DNA of 64,000 nt from Bacilli bacterium (GTDB lineage Bacteria > Bacillota_I > Bacilli_A > RFN20 > CAG-826), in the NCBI GenBank assembly GCA_017619815.1, contig JAFZRR010000047.1:9074-73073 (forward strand), given 5' to 3'. The number at the start of each line of letters is the position of its first letter. Position 1 is the stretch's first letter. The position numbers and the translations under genes were made by a program. The notes beneath the pieces were generated by a model, which saw nothing but the letters and a program-made list of their open reading frames with translations, searched no databases and was not told the origin of the DNA. Below are positions 22,070 through 31,390 of the stretch, one piece after another.

Positions 22070-23298
22070 TGAATAAAGAATTCTTTGATGGCTTTCGACT
22101 TGGTGGATACCAAAGAGAAAATCTCGACTCCTTTTTAGAATCACTACATTTCTCCTATAAGACCCCATCTATCCATATTGCGGGCACAAACGGTAAAGGA
22201 AGCACATCTTCTTATATTGCTTCCGTTTACTCCGCAAACGGTTACAAAGTGGGCTTATTTAAATCACCTTTCTTATTTATTCCTAACGAAATGATTTCCA
22301 TAAATGGAACTAATATATCAGATGATGATTTTATGACGATTTTTAATCGTTATAAGAAGCAAATCGATAAATATGATTTATCTGCTTTTGAGATTCAAAC
22401 ATTCGTTGCATTGACCTATTTTGATGAACAAAAATGCGATATCGCCATTATTGAATGTGGTATGGGTGGAGAAGTGGATGCCACAAACGTATTTGATCCA
22501 ATTCTTTCTATTATTACCACAATCTCATTAGAGCATACCGAATATCTTGGCTGCTCCATCAGTGAAATTGCTGAACAAAAAGGCGGAATCATTAAAGAAG
22601 AAGTTCCTGTTTTAATTGGCGACAGCTTAACTGAAGATGCTTTGACCGTTCTTGCGAAAATCGCAAAAGATAATAATTCACGTATTTGTTATATGTCTCA
22701 CTATGTGAATAAAGAATATTCCGATAGTGGTTTTACATTTGACTATAACGACTTTTATGGTGCGCACATTCAATCGCGTGCAGACTCCAGTGTCACAGAT
22801 GCATGTATGGCGTTAGAAGCAGTTTGCATCTTGAGAGATAAATATCCAATTGATGTCGAAAAAGCAAAAGAGGGTTTAGCTTCAGTATATATGGAATGCC
22901 GTATGGATATTATCAAAGATAATCCACTTGTAATTATCGATGGCGCGCATAATCCAGAAGCTATGAAAATGCTCTGTGAAAAGTCATTGGGACTTGTAAC
23001 ACAAGGAAGACCAATTCACGTCGTTTTCGCTTGTTTTAGAGACAAAAACCTAGGGAACATGCTTTCTTCTTTAGGCGCAATCACTGATGATTTAACAATC
23101 ACAACATTTGATAATCCAAGAGCGAGAACGGAAGATGAATATTTCTTATTCGCACAGGATTATCCATTTAATGGAAACGCTGAAGAATTAATACAAAGTA
23201 AGATTACCGAATTCCCTGAAGATGCAATTTTAATCACGGGTTCTTTAGCCTTTGCAGCATATGCGAAAAAACTATTTTTGGAAGGTAAGATTAAGTAA
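22069..23298 (+). CDS. folC: folylpolyglutamate synthase / dihydrofolate synthase (Mur-ligase family)
   Basis: HIAGTNGKGST P-loop, DGAHNPEA. Start overlaps the smpB stop (TAATG). Confidence 0.85.
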   Translation: MNKEFFDGFRLGGYQRENLDSFLESLHFSYKTPSIHIAGTNGKGSTSSYIASVYSANGYKVGLFKSPFLFIPNEMISINGTNISDDDFMTIFNRYKKQIDKYDLSAFEIQTFVALTYFDEQKCDIAIIECGMGGEVDATNVFDPILSIITTISLEHTEYLGCSISEIAEQKGGIIKEEVPVLIGDSLTEDALTVLAKIAKDNNSRICYMSHYVNKEYSDSGFTFDYNDFYGAHIQSRADSSVTDACMALEAVCILRDKYPIDVEKAKEGLASVYMECRMDIIKDNPLVIIDGAHNPEAMKMLCEKSLGLVTQGRPIHVVFACFRDKNLGNMLSSLGAITDDLTITTFDNPRARTEDEYFLFAQDYPFNGNAEELIQSKITEFPEDAILITGSLAFAAYAKKLFLEGKIK

Positions 23299-24089
23299 TG
23301 ACTAAAGGTTTACTAAAGTGTAATTTAACGACCGTCCAAAAGATATGTTTTGCCGGTATTTTTATTGCGGTTGTAACCATCCTTCAAAAGGTTTTAGCAA
23401 TAAACTACATTCCGGTTATTCCATTCTTGAGAATTTCTCTTGGTGGACCAGCGGTTATTATCTTCTCATCAATCTTCCTTGGTCCTATATATGGTATGTG
23501 TATCGGAGCAATTTCTGACATCTTAGGCTATTTCCTTTTAGATCCAAAAATGATGGGATTTTTACCACAAATTACCGCCATTTATGCATTATTGGGTTTA
23601 GTTCCTTATTTCATTTTCTGGCTATTTAAGCTCATCAAGAAAGACAATATCTTGTTCATTATTGAGGGTGTTTCATTTATTGCTTTGCTTACTGGAATCA
23701 CAACTTATTTATTCTTGAATAATAACCTTCAATTATATGGCAGTACTTATACATTAGCGCTTTGGCAAAAGATCCTAATTCCATCTGTTTTATTAGTCCT
23801 TTTAGCGGGTTTATTTGTCTCTTCATTTTTGTTCTCTCGCAAGTACAAAAAAGAGTCTTTACCAATATCACCAATTTGCATCACTTTCTGTTGTTTCGTT
23901 ATTGAACTTTTAGTCATGGTTTTATTTGGAACATTTATGAAAGGCTGGGCATTTGGTTTTAAGACATATCCAATGATTTTGATATGCCAAATTATCGTTT
24001 TATTTATCAACATTCCACTCAATACGTGGTTATTAATTTTACTTTTAAGAGTAACTGGTCGTTTCTATAAACCAGTTGAATCAATATAA
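23298..24089 (+). CDS. ECF-transporter S-component-like membrane protein (folate-family candidate)
   Basis: LRISLGGPAVIIFSSIFLGPIYGMCIGAISDILGYF resembles the S-component GP..G...G..D motif. TAATG-coupled to folC. Longer (263 aa) than typical FolT. Confidence 0.5.
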   Translation: MTKGLLKCNLTTVQKICFAGIFIAVVTILQKVLAINYIPVIPFLRISLGGPAVIIFSSIFLGPIYGMCIGAISDILGYFLLDPKMMGFLPQITAIYALLGLVPYFIFWLFKLIKKDNILFIIEGVSFIALLTGITTYLFLNNNLQLYGSTYTLALWQKILIPSVLLVLLAGLFVSSFLFSRKYKKESLPISPICITFCCFVIELLVMVLFGTFMKGWAFGFKTYPMILICQIIVLFINIPLNTWLLILLLRVTGRFYKPVESI

Positions 24090-24101
24090 TGAGGTTAGTA
24101 T

Positions 24102-24302
24102 ATGGCGGAAAGAGAAAAGAAAGAATTTATTGAACACAAGAATCCCGAATTAGAAGAAGTTAAGGATAACGAACCAGTTCAGGACCATTACTCATTTCCT
24201 TGGAAAGGATTTGTGATTGTTTTTGGTGTTCTTATTACTCTAATCGTTGTTTGTGTTATTGTCATTCTTTGCAATGGAGGTTTTAATCAATGGTCAAAAT
24301 AG
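24102..24302 (+). CDS. small single-pass membrane protein
   Basis: 66-aa ORF, acidic N-terminus, one TM helix, GAGG-like RBS upstream. Confidence 0.4.
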   Translation: MAEREKKEFIEHKNPELEEVKDNEPVQDHYSFPWKGFVIVFGVLITLIVVCVIVILCNGGFNQWSK

Positions 24303-25021
24303 CAGCATTACCATTGCTATTCCTTACCTCAATCTTTGGTTTATCCACAAACGTATCCAAAGATGACTTTAAAGCAGCTTTAAATGTTACCTCTAATGAA
24401 AGAGGCAATTACACTTTAGTGTCTATCGATGATTCTTCTTTAGAAGATGAACCTCGTATTTATAGATATGATGACCAACTTATCGATGAAATCGCAGATA
24501 ACGCATTCTCGGGTATATCTTTCACATCCGTAGCGATATCTAATTGTGTAACCCTCATAGGCACAAACGCCTTCGCAGGACAAACATCACTAACTACATG
24601 CAATTTCACTGGTTCTGAAGAAGAGTGGAATTCCTTAAACGTTACTTACGTGTTTAATCGTGTCAATTATTACGCAATCGATGAAGGGTTCATCAATTAC
24701 TGGGTCAAAGAAGTAAGACCAACCGCGGATACTAATATTTGTGAAATCACAAAAGACCAATACAATTACATTCGTGAATTATATTCAGACTTATCCGCTG
24801 AAGATAAAGCTGTTGTGGACGTTTATGAAGATTTAGCGGGTTCTACTATTAAAGACTCGATAAAAGAATTAAATCGTCACTTTGCCTCGCCAGAAGGGGC
24901 TAAAAGAAGTGAAGAATGGAATCAAACAGGTGCTATTACATTGATTCTTATCATTGCTGTTATTGGTATGACATCAATCACCATCTTCTACTTGCTCAAA
25001 ACCAAGCAGATTATCAAATAG
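24290..25021 (+). CDS. secreted, C-terminally anchored protein with BspA-type leucine-rich-repeat-like segment
   Basis: N-terminal signal sequence, IADNAFSGISFTSVAISNCVTLIGTNAFAGQTSLTTCNF, C-terminal TM helix. Confidence 0.5.
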   Translation: MVKIAALPLLFLTSIFGLSTNVSKDDFKAALNVTSNERGNYTLVSIDDSSLEDEPRIYRYDDQLIDEIADNAFSGISFTSVAISNCVTLIGTNAFAGQTSLTTCNFTGSEEEWNSLNVTYVFNRVNYYAIDEGFINYWVKEVRPTADTNICEITKDQYNYIRELYSDLSAEDKAVVDVYEDLAGSTIKDSIKELNRHFASPEGAKRSEEWNQTGAITLILIIAVIGMTSITIFYLLKTKQIIK

Positions 25022-25054
25022 CGTGAGCGCAAAAAATATTTTATGTACGCGCTC

Positions 25055-25083
25055 TTTACAACTAGAAAGTGTAGTGATAAATT
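25055..25083 (+). promoter_or_regulatory. candidate promoter of rpmG-secE-nusG
   Basis: TTTACA-N17-TAAATT, preceded by a gagcgc...gcgctc hairpin. Confidence 0.35.
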
Positions 25084-25120
25084 ATTAAAGCAAACTTAAG
25101 ATACTGAGGAGGGCAAATAG

Positions 25121-25267
25121 ATGAGAGAAAAAGTTCTTTTGATTTGCGAGGAATGTCTCTCTCGTAATTACCAAACGACGATTACCAAAGATCGTACCAA
25201 AACCTTAGAAATCAAAAAGTATTGTCCAAAATGTGGTAAGCATACGCTCCACAAGATTAGCAAATAA
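25121..25267 (+). CDS. rpmG: 50S ribosomal protein L33 (zinc-ribbon form)
   Basis: Not in the ORF track (48 aa). Translated by hand: [59 protein letters not shown]. Classical position upstream of secE-nusG. Confidence 0.85.
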   Translation: MREKVLLICEECLSRNYQTTITKDRTKTLEIKKYCPKCGKHTLHKISK

Positions 25268-25278
25268 GGAGGAGTCCT

Positions 25279-25479
25279 ATGGGAGTCAAGAGTTACGCCA
25301 AAGGTGTAGTAAAAGAAGGCAAACGTGTTCGTTGGCCTAAGAGGGATGTTCTTATTCCATCCATTATCGTTGTCATAGTCATCGCTGCAGTCGCAGGATT
25401 ACTTTTATTCGCGGAAGATGCCGCAGGTGCGAGACTTATCTCCATCCTTAAAGATGCATTTAAGAGCATGGGTGCTTAG
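25279..25479 (+). CDS. secE: preprotein translocase subunit SecE
   Basis: 66 aa, KEGKRVRWPKRD followed by a single TM helix, located between rpmG and nusG. Confidence 0.8.
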   Translation: MGVKSYAKGVVKEGKRVRWPKRDVLIPSIIVVIVIAAVAGLLLFAEDAAGARLISILKDAFKSMGA

Positions 25480-25496
25480 TAGGAGGAAAATAATTT

Positions 25497-26120
25497 ATGG
25501 GTGACGAAATTAATCGTTTTACTGATTCGACTACCGATCTTAATGATGAAAGTAGTTCTAGTAACAAGCAATTAGGTGAAAAAGCTTGGTACGTTGTTAA
25601 TACATATTCCACACACGAAAGAAAAGTCGCGGACTATTTACAAAAACGTGTTGAATCCATGGGATTACAACAATTAATCTTCCGTATCGTTGTCGCAGAA
25701 CAAGAAGTTCCTGTGATGGATAGAGAAACTGGTTTACCAACCGAAAAGACCAGAATGAAAAACTTATATCCAGGTTATGTCTTCGTGGAAATGATCATGA
25801 CAGACTATGCTTGGTATGTTGTTAGAAACACTCCAGGTGTTACCGGCTTCGTCGGATCTTCTGGTAAAGGTACAAAACCATTCCCAATTCCAAGAGAACA
25901 AATCGAACCAGTCTTAAAGAGAATGGGCATGGTCGACGAATCAATGTACGATCGTTACAAAGAAGGCGATCCAGTCAAAGTTATTCATGGTCCATTTGAA
26001 GGAACAGAAGGTAACATTCTTAGTATCAATCGTGAAACCGGCGCAGTTGTTGTGGAAACATACTTCTTCGGTAAGAGCACAAACGTCGAAATCGACTTCT
26101 CTGAAATCGAAAAGATCTAA
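25497..26120 (+). CDS. nusG: transcription termination/antitermination factor NusG
   Basis: WYVVNTYSTHERKV NGN domain, GYVFVEM, C-terminal KOW (GDPVKVIHGPFEGTEGNI). Confidence 0.9.
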   Translation: MGDEINRFTDSTTDLNDESSSSNKQLGEKAWYVVNTYSTHERKVADYLQKRVESMGLQQLIFRIVVAEQEVPVMDRETGLPTEKTRMKNLYPGYVFVEMIMTDYAWYVVRNTPGVTGFVGSSGKGTKPFPIPREQIEPVLKRMGMVDESMYDRYKEGDPVKVIHGPFEGTEGNILSINRETGAVVVETYFFGKSTNVEIDFSEIEKI

Positions 26121-26125
26121 CAAAA

Positions 26126-26156
26126 TAAAAAGGCCACTCGATGAGTGGTCTTTTAT
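26126..26156. terminator. bidirectional terminator between nusG and trkA
   Basis: aggccactc-gat-gagtggtct hairpin flanked by A- and T-runs. Confidence 0.8.
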
Positions 26157-26169
26157 TATGTCTTTAAGA

Positions 26170-26850
26170 CTATTTCTTAATTTTCTTTTTACCATTAACT
26201 TCTTCACGGAAGTTTTTAATTTCTTTTGTGGTACCCACAACGAAGATTGTGTCATCTGGTAATAGTGAGTCATTACCACCAGGAACGAACGACTTATTAT
26301 TTCTAATAATTAAGACGATAGAGACACCGTAAACTTCTTTGGAGTTCAATTCCCTTAATGTCACAGGAACAAAGCCAGGATTGATGATAATGGAGATAAT
26401 GGAGTATTTAGCATCTAATCTATAAAAGTCTTTATAGTCTTCGTTACCTAATCTATTAGCAAGAGCTTGACCAGCGGCTTTTTGTGGAGTGATAACATCG
26501 GTAGCACCGAGTTTTTTCATAATTGGGACATAGTAGTCATCGTCGACACGAACAATAATTTGTTCAATGCCAAATTCACGCAAAATAACGGTGGTAAGAA
26601 TGCTGGCTTCCTTATTATCGCCATAGGCGACAATGGCAGCGTCAACGTCCTGAATTCCTAATTCTTTTAAAGCTTGTTCATTAGTGGAGTCTGCGACGAA
26701 AGCAGTGGGAAGCTTTTTAGAGATTTTGTTAATTGCTTCTTCACTTGTGTCAATCGCGATAACGTCCATACCGTTTTCGATTAATTCATCGACTAATGCA
26801 CGTCCGAATTGGCCTAAACCAATAACTGCAAATGATTTTGAACTACCCAT
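26170..26850 (-). CDS. trkA: Trk/Ktr potassium-uptake NAD-binding (RCK) subunit
   Basis: VIGLGQFGRAL Rossmann GxGxxG, RCK_C-like C-terminus, AAGGAG RBS, 12 nt downstream of trkH. Confidence 0.85.
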   Translation of the reverse strand: MGSSKSFAVIGLGQFGRALVDELIENGMDVIAIDTSEEAINKISKKLPTAFVADSTNEQALKELGIQDVDAAIVAYGDNKEASILTTVILREFGIEQIIVRVDDDYYVPIMKKLGATDVITPQKAAGQALANRLGNEDYKDFYRLDAKYSIISIIINPGFVPVTLRELNSKEVYGVSIVLIIRNNKSFVPGGNDSLLPDDTIFVVGTTKEIKNFREEVNGKKKIKK

Positions 26851-26862
26851 ATTGTTTACTCC

Positions 26863-28296
26863 TTATCCGATGAGGAAGTCCTCTTCAACATATTCATAAT
26901 GTAATGTTTGTTTCTTGTCCATGTTGGCTTGGAAAATTTGTAAGAATGTCATTGGACCTAAACGTCCAAAGAACATTAAAAAGCATAACACAATTTTACT
27001 ACCAACTGATATATATGGTGTCACGCCTGTGGAAACACCTACGGTGCCAAAGGCGCTAAAGATTTCAAAGAAGATAACGGCTTCATTATCCGTTTTTAAA
27101 CCTAAAGCGGAAACATCTAAATTTCTTTCAAATGAGGCAATAAAGATGAAACCAATAATAATTGTTCCGATTCCTAAGAACACTAATGACATAGCTTTCA
27201 CAATCATATTTGAGGAATATGTACGTTTGAATGCGATAACGTGTTTTCCTCTGAAATATGAATACATCGCTAATAAGACCATGAAAGCGGTTGTGGTTTT
27301 GATACCACCAGCAGTGGATAATGGTGATCCACCGATGAACATAAGGCCACAGCTAACAACCTTACCAATCAAGGAAACATTATCTTGGTTGTAGGTTGCA
27401 AAACCAGCTGTTCTTAAAGTCACGCTCTGGAATAGTGCTTGGAAGACATCCATGCCACCTTTTGTGAAGATCACATCGGTGAATAAGAATGTAATAAAAC
27501 CAAAGGCTAATAAGACAGCGGTGGTGCTTAAAACGATCTTTGTAAACGCTCTCCATTGTGTATGTTTTTTAAAGGCAAATATATCAATAATAACAAGGAA
27601 TGAAATACCGCCCATAACAATGAGAAGCATAATGTAGATACACATATAGATGTATGCCCATTGAGGCATAGAAACGGCGGCATCTCCTGTACCAATTATG
27701 CCGTTTTGTATCAACAATGAAGAACCACCGAATAAGTCAAAACCAGCGTTGTTAAATGCGGAAACGGCGGTAAATAAACTGACCCAAATGGCTTGTAATG
27801 GTTTGTCTGGATAGACCTCAAGAAATACAGGTAAACCAAGTAATGTACCAGCGATTTCTGAGATGAAAGAAATAAGGATTAATTTACGCACAAATTTGAC
27901 GACATCAGCAAAGTTTGTGGAGCCGACCATCTGTGATAATAAGTATCTATTTCTGAATTGTAATTTGCTAGCGAATAATGTGATAAAGAAGGTTAAGACA
28001 GTAACGAATCCAAGACCACCGATTTGAATCATTAATAAGAGAATCAATTGGCCGAAGAATGTTAATTGGTTACCGATACCTTGAGCGTATGTACAAAGAC
28101 CAGTCACACAAGTAGCGCTGACTGCGGAGAATAAAGCATCCATATAGTTTCCCCAATGTCCATCTTTTTGTGAAAATGGTAGGACAAGAAGGAAGGATCC
28201 GATAAAGATAACAACTAAGAAGGAAAGAATGACAAGAACGTAAGGGTTCAATTGCCAGAATTTCTTTTTGGTGACTTTTTCAATTAAATTCGCCAT
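26863..28296 (-). CDS. trkH: TrkH/KtrB-family potassium transporter membrane subunit
   Basis: Repeated pore-loop motifs (TGLCT, NAGFD, RTAGF, TVGVSTG). Start at ATG 28296 with GAGG RBS rather than 28335. Confidence 0.85.
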   Translation of the reverse strand: MANLIEKVTKKKFWQLNPYVLVILSFLVVIFIGSFLLVLPFSQKDGHWGNYMDALFSAVSATCVTGLCTYAQGIGNQLTFFGQLILLLMIQIGGLGFVTVLTFFITLFASKLQFRNRYLLSQMVGSTNFADVVKFVRKLILISFISEIAGTLLGLPVFLEVYPDKPLQAIWVSLFTAVSAFNNAGFDLFGGSSLLIQNGIIGTGDAAVSMPQWAYIYMCIYIMLLIVMGGISFLVIIDIFAFKKHTQWRAFTKIVLSTTAVLLAFGFITFLFTDVIFTKGGMDVFQALFQSVTLRTAGFATYNQDNVSLIGKVVSCGLMFIGGSPLSTAGGIKTTTAFMVLLAMYSYFRGKHVIAFKRTYSSNMIVKAMSLVFLGIGTIIIGFIFIASFERNLDVSALGLKTDNEAVIFFEIFSAFGTVGVSTGVTPYISVGSKIVLCFLMFFGRLGPMTFLQIFQANMDKKQTLHYEYVEEDFLIG

Positions 28297-28342
28297 ACTT
28301 CGCCTCATTATACAACGAACAAATACAAAACTCAATAATTAG

Positions 28343-28360
28343 CAAATTATTAATAATTTG
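28343..28360. repeat. 18-bp perfect palindrome CAAATTATTAATAATTTG upstream of trkH
   Basis: Read directly. Lies about 50 nt upstream of the trkH start on the minus strand. Confidence 0.6.
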
Positions 28361-28416
28361 AGTAAGTCATTTTGCACGAGTTTATCTTTATCATTTAAAC
28401 AAAATTAAAAAAATGC

Positions 28417-28446
28417 TTGCGGTCGCATATACATATTTGATACGAT
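28417..28446 (+). promoter_or_regulatory. candidate promoter of the rplK-rplA operon
   Basis: TTGCGG-N18-TACGAT with TGn extended -10 and an A-rich upstream tract. Shares the octamer TGCTTGCG with the rpsL promoter candidate. Confidence 0.4.
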
Positions 28447-28575
28447 ATACGAGCATGTTGTTTTCACATACGAGAGAGTGATTACACGCGCTATATAAGT
28501 ATCGTGGAAGAGTGGCGATTCCACTCAAAAATGTGACCACGACACTGACTAAACCAAAAAAGGAGGAAAAGTCAC

Positions 28576-28989
28576 GTGAGTAAAAAAATCGCAAAAGTCG
28601 TGAAGATGGAACTCCCTGGTGGCGAAGCTAAACCAGGTCCAAAACTTGCCTCTGCCGGTGTTAACATGGCGAAATTCTGCACAGATTTCAACGCCAAGAC
28701 CGCTGACAGACGTGGTGAAGTTGTCCCAGTTCTTATCACAGCTTATGAAGACAAATCTTATGATTTCGTCATCAAGACCTCTCCAGCTGCAGGTCTCATC
28801 TTAAAAGCAGCAGGATTACAAAAAGGTAATGCTTTAGGCCGTAAGACCGTTATCGGAAGCATCACCCGTGATCAACTTCGCCAAATCGCGGAGTACAAAT
28901 TACCAGACTTAAACAGCAATGACATTGAGGCTGCTATGAAAGTCATCGAAGGCACTGCCAATAACATGGGCATCGTGGTTAAAGACTAA
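28576..28989 (+). CDS. rplK: 50S ribosomal protein L11
   Basis: GTG start after [34 protein letters not shown], the L11 signature. Confidence 0.95.
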   Translation: MSKKIAKVVKMELPGGEAKPGPKLASAGVNMAKFCTDFNAKTADRRGEVVPVLITAYEDKSYDFVIKTSPAAGLILKAAGLQKGNALGRKTVIGSITRDQLRQIAEYKLPDLNSNDIEAAMKVIEGTANNMGIVVKD

Positions 28990-29000
28990 GGAGTATCACT

Positions 29001-29684
29001 ATGAAAAAAGGTAAGAAATACGTTGCCGCTTTTGAAAAAGTTGATGCTAACAAGCTCTACACCATCGAAGAAGCTGCCAAATTAGTTAAAGAAACATCCA
29101 CAGTTAAATTTGACGCAACTGTCGACGTCTCCTTCAAACTCAATGTCGATCCAAAACAAGCAGACCAACAAGTCAGAGGAACTCTCGTCCTTCCACACGG
29201 AAATGGTAAAACCAAAAAGGTCTTAGCCATTACTGACAAAGTTGAAGATGCAAAAGCCGCCGGCGCAGATTTCTATGGCGGACAAGAAATGATTGATAAA
29301 ATCCAACACGAAAACTGGTTCGGTTTCGATGTCATCGTTGCCACACCAAACATGATGGGTATTATCGGTAAAGTCGCTAGAATCTTAGGTCCTAAAGGCT
29401 TAATGCCAAACCCAAAGACTGGTACAGTCACAATGGATTTAGCAAAAGCTATCGCGGATATCAAAGCCGGTAAAGTCGAATACAGAACAGATAAAGAAGC
29501 AAATATGCACGTCTCTATCGCTAAAGTTTCATTCGACGAAAAGAAAATTGCTGAAAACTTAACAGCGTTAGTCGAAGCTGTCTTAAAAGCCAGACCAGCC
29601 GCAGTTAAAGGCAATTACATCAAAACAGCTGTCATCCACACGACCATGGGTCCAGCCATCAATTTCACATTTAACGGTCGTTAA
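29001..29684 (+). CDS. rplA: 50S ribosomal protein L1
   Basis: 227 aa. [22 protein letters not shown], position after rplK. Confidence 0.95.
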   Translation: MKKGKKYVAAFEKVDANKLYTIEEAAKLVKETSTVKFDATVDVSFKLNVDPKQADQQVRGTLVLPHGNGKTKKVLAITDKVEDAKAAGADFYGGQEMIDKIQHENWFGFDVIVATPNMMGIIGKVARILGPKGLMPNPKTGTVTMDLAKAIADIKAGKVEYRTDKEANMHVSIAKVSFDEKKIAENLTALVEAVLKARPAAVKGNYIKTAVIHTTMGPAINFTFNGR

Positions 29685-29689
29685 TTAAC

Positions 29690-29815
29690 AAAGATTTCAA
29701 TATACCTAAGACAGTAACGGGCGAAGTTAGCCTTAATCATGTTACCGAGGCGTAGAAACATATTTCTCAAAACTCAAGTATATTGGAGCCTCAAACAAAA
29801 CAAATTGAAAAGGAG
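29690..29815 (+). ncRNA. candidate ribosomal protein L10 leader (autoregulatory 5' UTR of rplJ-rplL)
   Basis: 141-nt untranslated gap. The element CCTAAGACAGTAACGGGCGAAGTTAGCCTTAATCATGTTACCGAGGCGTAG resembles the Firmicute L10-leader core as I remember it. Confidence 0.45.
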
Positions 29816-29825
29816 GTCAAGAATA

Positions 29826-30314
29826 ATGAATAAAGAAGTCTTAGAAGCGAAACAAAGCGTCGTGAAAGAGATCGTCGAAAAAGCTAACAATTCCACAACA
29901 ATCGTTGTTGCTGAATACCGTGGCTTAACCGTCGCTCAACTTCAAGAACTCCGTCGTGCCCTCCGCAAGGAAGAAGCAGAACTCTGTGTCTACAAGAATT
30001 CCTTAGTGGAAAGAGCAGGCGAAGAATTAGGCTATAAAGATTGGAATGAAATCCTCTCTGGTCCTAACGCCATCATCTTCTCTAAAGAAGTTAGTAATGG
30101 TGCAAAAGTCGTCGCCAAATACGCTAGAAGATTCGGAGACACCCTTAAAGTCAAAGGTGGCATTGTCGAAGGCAAATATGTCACAGCTGACCAAATGAAG
30201 GAAGTTGCAAAACTCCCAGGAAGAGAAGGTCTCTTATCAATGTTCTTATCGTGCTTACAAGCACCAATCCGCCAATTTGCTTGCACAGTTAAAGCTGTGG
30301 CGGATGCAAAATAA
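29826..30314 (+). CDS. rplJ: 50S ribosomal protein L10
   Basis: ATG 29826 after AAGGAGG. The upstream in-frame extension in the ORF track lies in the leader. Confidence 0.93.
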   Translation: MNKEVLEAKQSVVKEIVEKANNSTTIVVAEYRGLTVAQLQELRRALRKEEAELCVYKNSLVERAGEELGYKDWNEILSGPNAIIFSKEVSNGAKVVAKYARRFGDTLKVKGGIVEGKYVTADQMKEVAKLPGREGLLSMFLSCLQAPIRQFACTVKAVADAK

Positions 30315-30336
30315 TGCCAATTAGGAGGAAATGAAT

Positions 30337-30714
30337 ATGGCAAAGTTAACAAAAGAAGAAATCGTTGCGGCATTAAAAGAAATGTCCGTAATGGAACTTA
30401 ATGAATTAGTCAAAGCAGTCGAAGAAGAATTCGGCGTTACAGCCGCTGCTCCAGTCGCTGCCGCTGCTGCACCAGCAGAAGAAGAAGGACCAGCCGCTGG
30501 CCCAACAGAAGTCTCTTTATTCTTAAAGAGCGCTGGAATGAGCAAAGTCCCAGTTATTAAAGCAATCCAAGCCATCACAGGTTTAGGCTTAATGGAAGCT
30601 AAAAAGTTAGTTGACGCAGCTCCAGTTGCAGTCAAAGAACACATCTCCCCAGTCGAAGCTGAAGAACACAAGAAAGCTCTTGAAGCCGCTGGCGCAGAAT
30701 GCGAAATTAAATAA
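30337..30714 (+). CDS. rplL: 50S ribosomal protein L7/L12
   Basis: [34 protein letters not shown], Ala-rich hinge, C-terminal domain. ATG 30337 has 8-nt spacing from AGGAGG, versus 2 nt for 30331. Confidence 0.93.
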   Translation: MAKLTKEEIVAALKEMSVMELNELVKAVEEEFGVTAAAPVAAAAAPAEEEGPAAGPTEVSLFLKSAGMSKVPVIKAIQAITGLGLMEAKKLVDAAPVAVKEHISPVEAEEHKKALEAAGAECEIK

Positions 30715-30760
30715 TTTCCGCACAACTATTAAACTCGTTATCCAAAATTAGTATATCTAT

Positions 30761-31369
30761 ATGGCCCATTATTTCGATTTAGATCCCTCTCTAGCGTCAA
30801 AGGAGAGAAATATTGAATACGTTATCGATGGACGTGTCATTACTTTAGTAAGTGATAACGGAGTGTTTTCCAAAGACAAGATCGATGAGGGGAGTTTGGC
30901 CTTTTTAAAGGTTATTGTTCCCCTCCGACTGTCGGGAAAAATACTGGATTTAGGATGTGGTTATGGCCCTATCGGCTTAACTATCGCTATAACTAGTCCG
31001 ACGGCGAGAGTTGATCTCGCTGATATTAATACGCGCGCTCTTGCATTATGTGAGAAAAACGCGTTCAAACTTGGATTAAGCCAAAGAGTCACGATCCTTC
31101 ATAGTGACATCTACGAAAGTATTGAAGGAAAATATGATTCAATTGTTGTGAATCCTCCTATCCGAGCCGGTAAGATTGTTACCTATGCTATGTACGAAGG
31201 AGCGTTTACACACTTAATTGATGGCGGCTCATTATTCATTGTGATTCGTAAAAACCAAGGTGCTCCAAGTGCCTCTAAATATATAGAAAGCATATTTGGA
31301 AACATCACCCTTCTTAAGAAGGACAAAGGTTATTACATCTATCAAGCGAAAAAGATGAGCAGTAAATAA
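30761..31369 (+). CDS. class I SAM-dependent methyltransferase (RsmC/YbxB-like, small-domain MTase)
   Basis: LDLGCGYGPIG motif I, VVNPPIRAG motif IV. Same rplL-rpoB position as Bacillus ybxB. Confidence 0.8.
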   Translation: MAHYFDLDPSLASKERNIEYVIDGRVITLVSDNGVFSKDKIDEGSLAFLKVIVPLRLSGKILDLGCGYGPIGLTIAITSPTARVDLADINTRALALCEKNAFKLGLSQRVTILHSDIYESIEGKYDSIVVNPPIRAGKIVTYAMYEGAFTHLIDGGSLFIVIRKNQGAPSASKYIESIFGNITLLKKDKGYYIYQAKKMSSK

Positions 31370-31390
31370 TAGATTTAAGGAGCCATTTCA

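Noticed and set aside
21000-22100. tmRNA (ssrA) near smpB
   Set aside because: smpB overlaps the upstream membrane-protein gene and the downstream folC, so no non-coding space is available. No tRNA-Ala-like acceptor or tag reading frame was seen.
28297-28416. c-di-AMP (ydaO/kimA-type) riboswitch upstream of the trkH-trkA potassium-uptake operon
   Set aside because: The minus-strand upstream sequence is almost purely A/T. It lacks the conserved G/C-rich pseudo-symmetric cores of that riboswitch, and the spacer is too short once the rplK promoter is accounted for.
28391-28594. 67-aa minus-strand ORF in the trkH/rplK spacer
   Set aside because: It overlaps the rplK promoter, leader and start, and has no RBS. 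The hydrophobic translation is likely fortuitous.
29739-29825. N-terminal extension of rplJ (MLPRRRNIFLK...)
   Set aside because: It lies in the probable L10 leader. AAGGAGG sits immediately upstream of ATG 29826, and L10 homologues start at MNKEVLEAK-like sequences.
30321-30725. 134-aa Ala/Ser-rich ORF antisense to rplL
   Set aside because: It is the mirror image of the Ala-rich L7/L12 hinge (GCN codons read antisense). It has no RBS and lies entirely within a certain gene.
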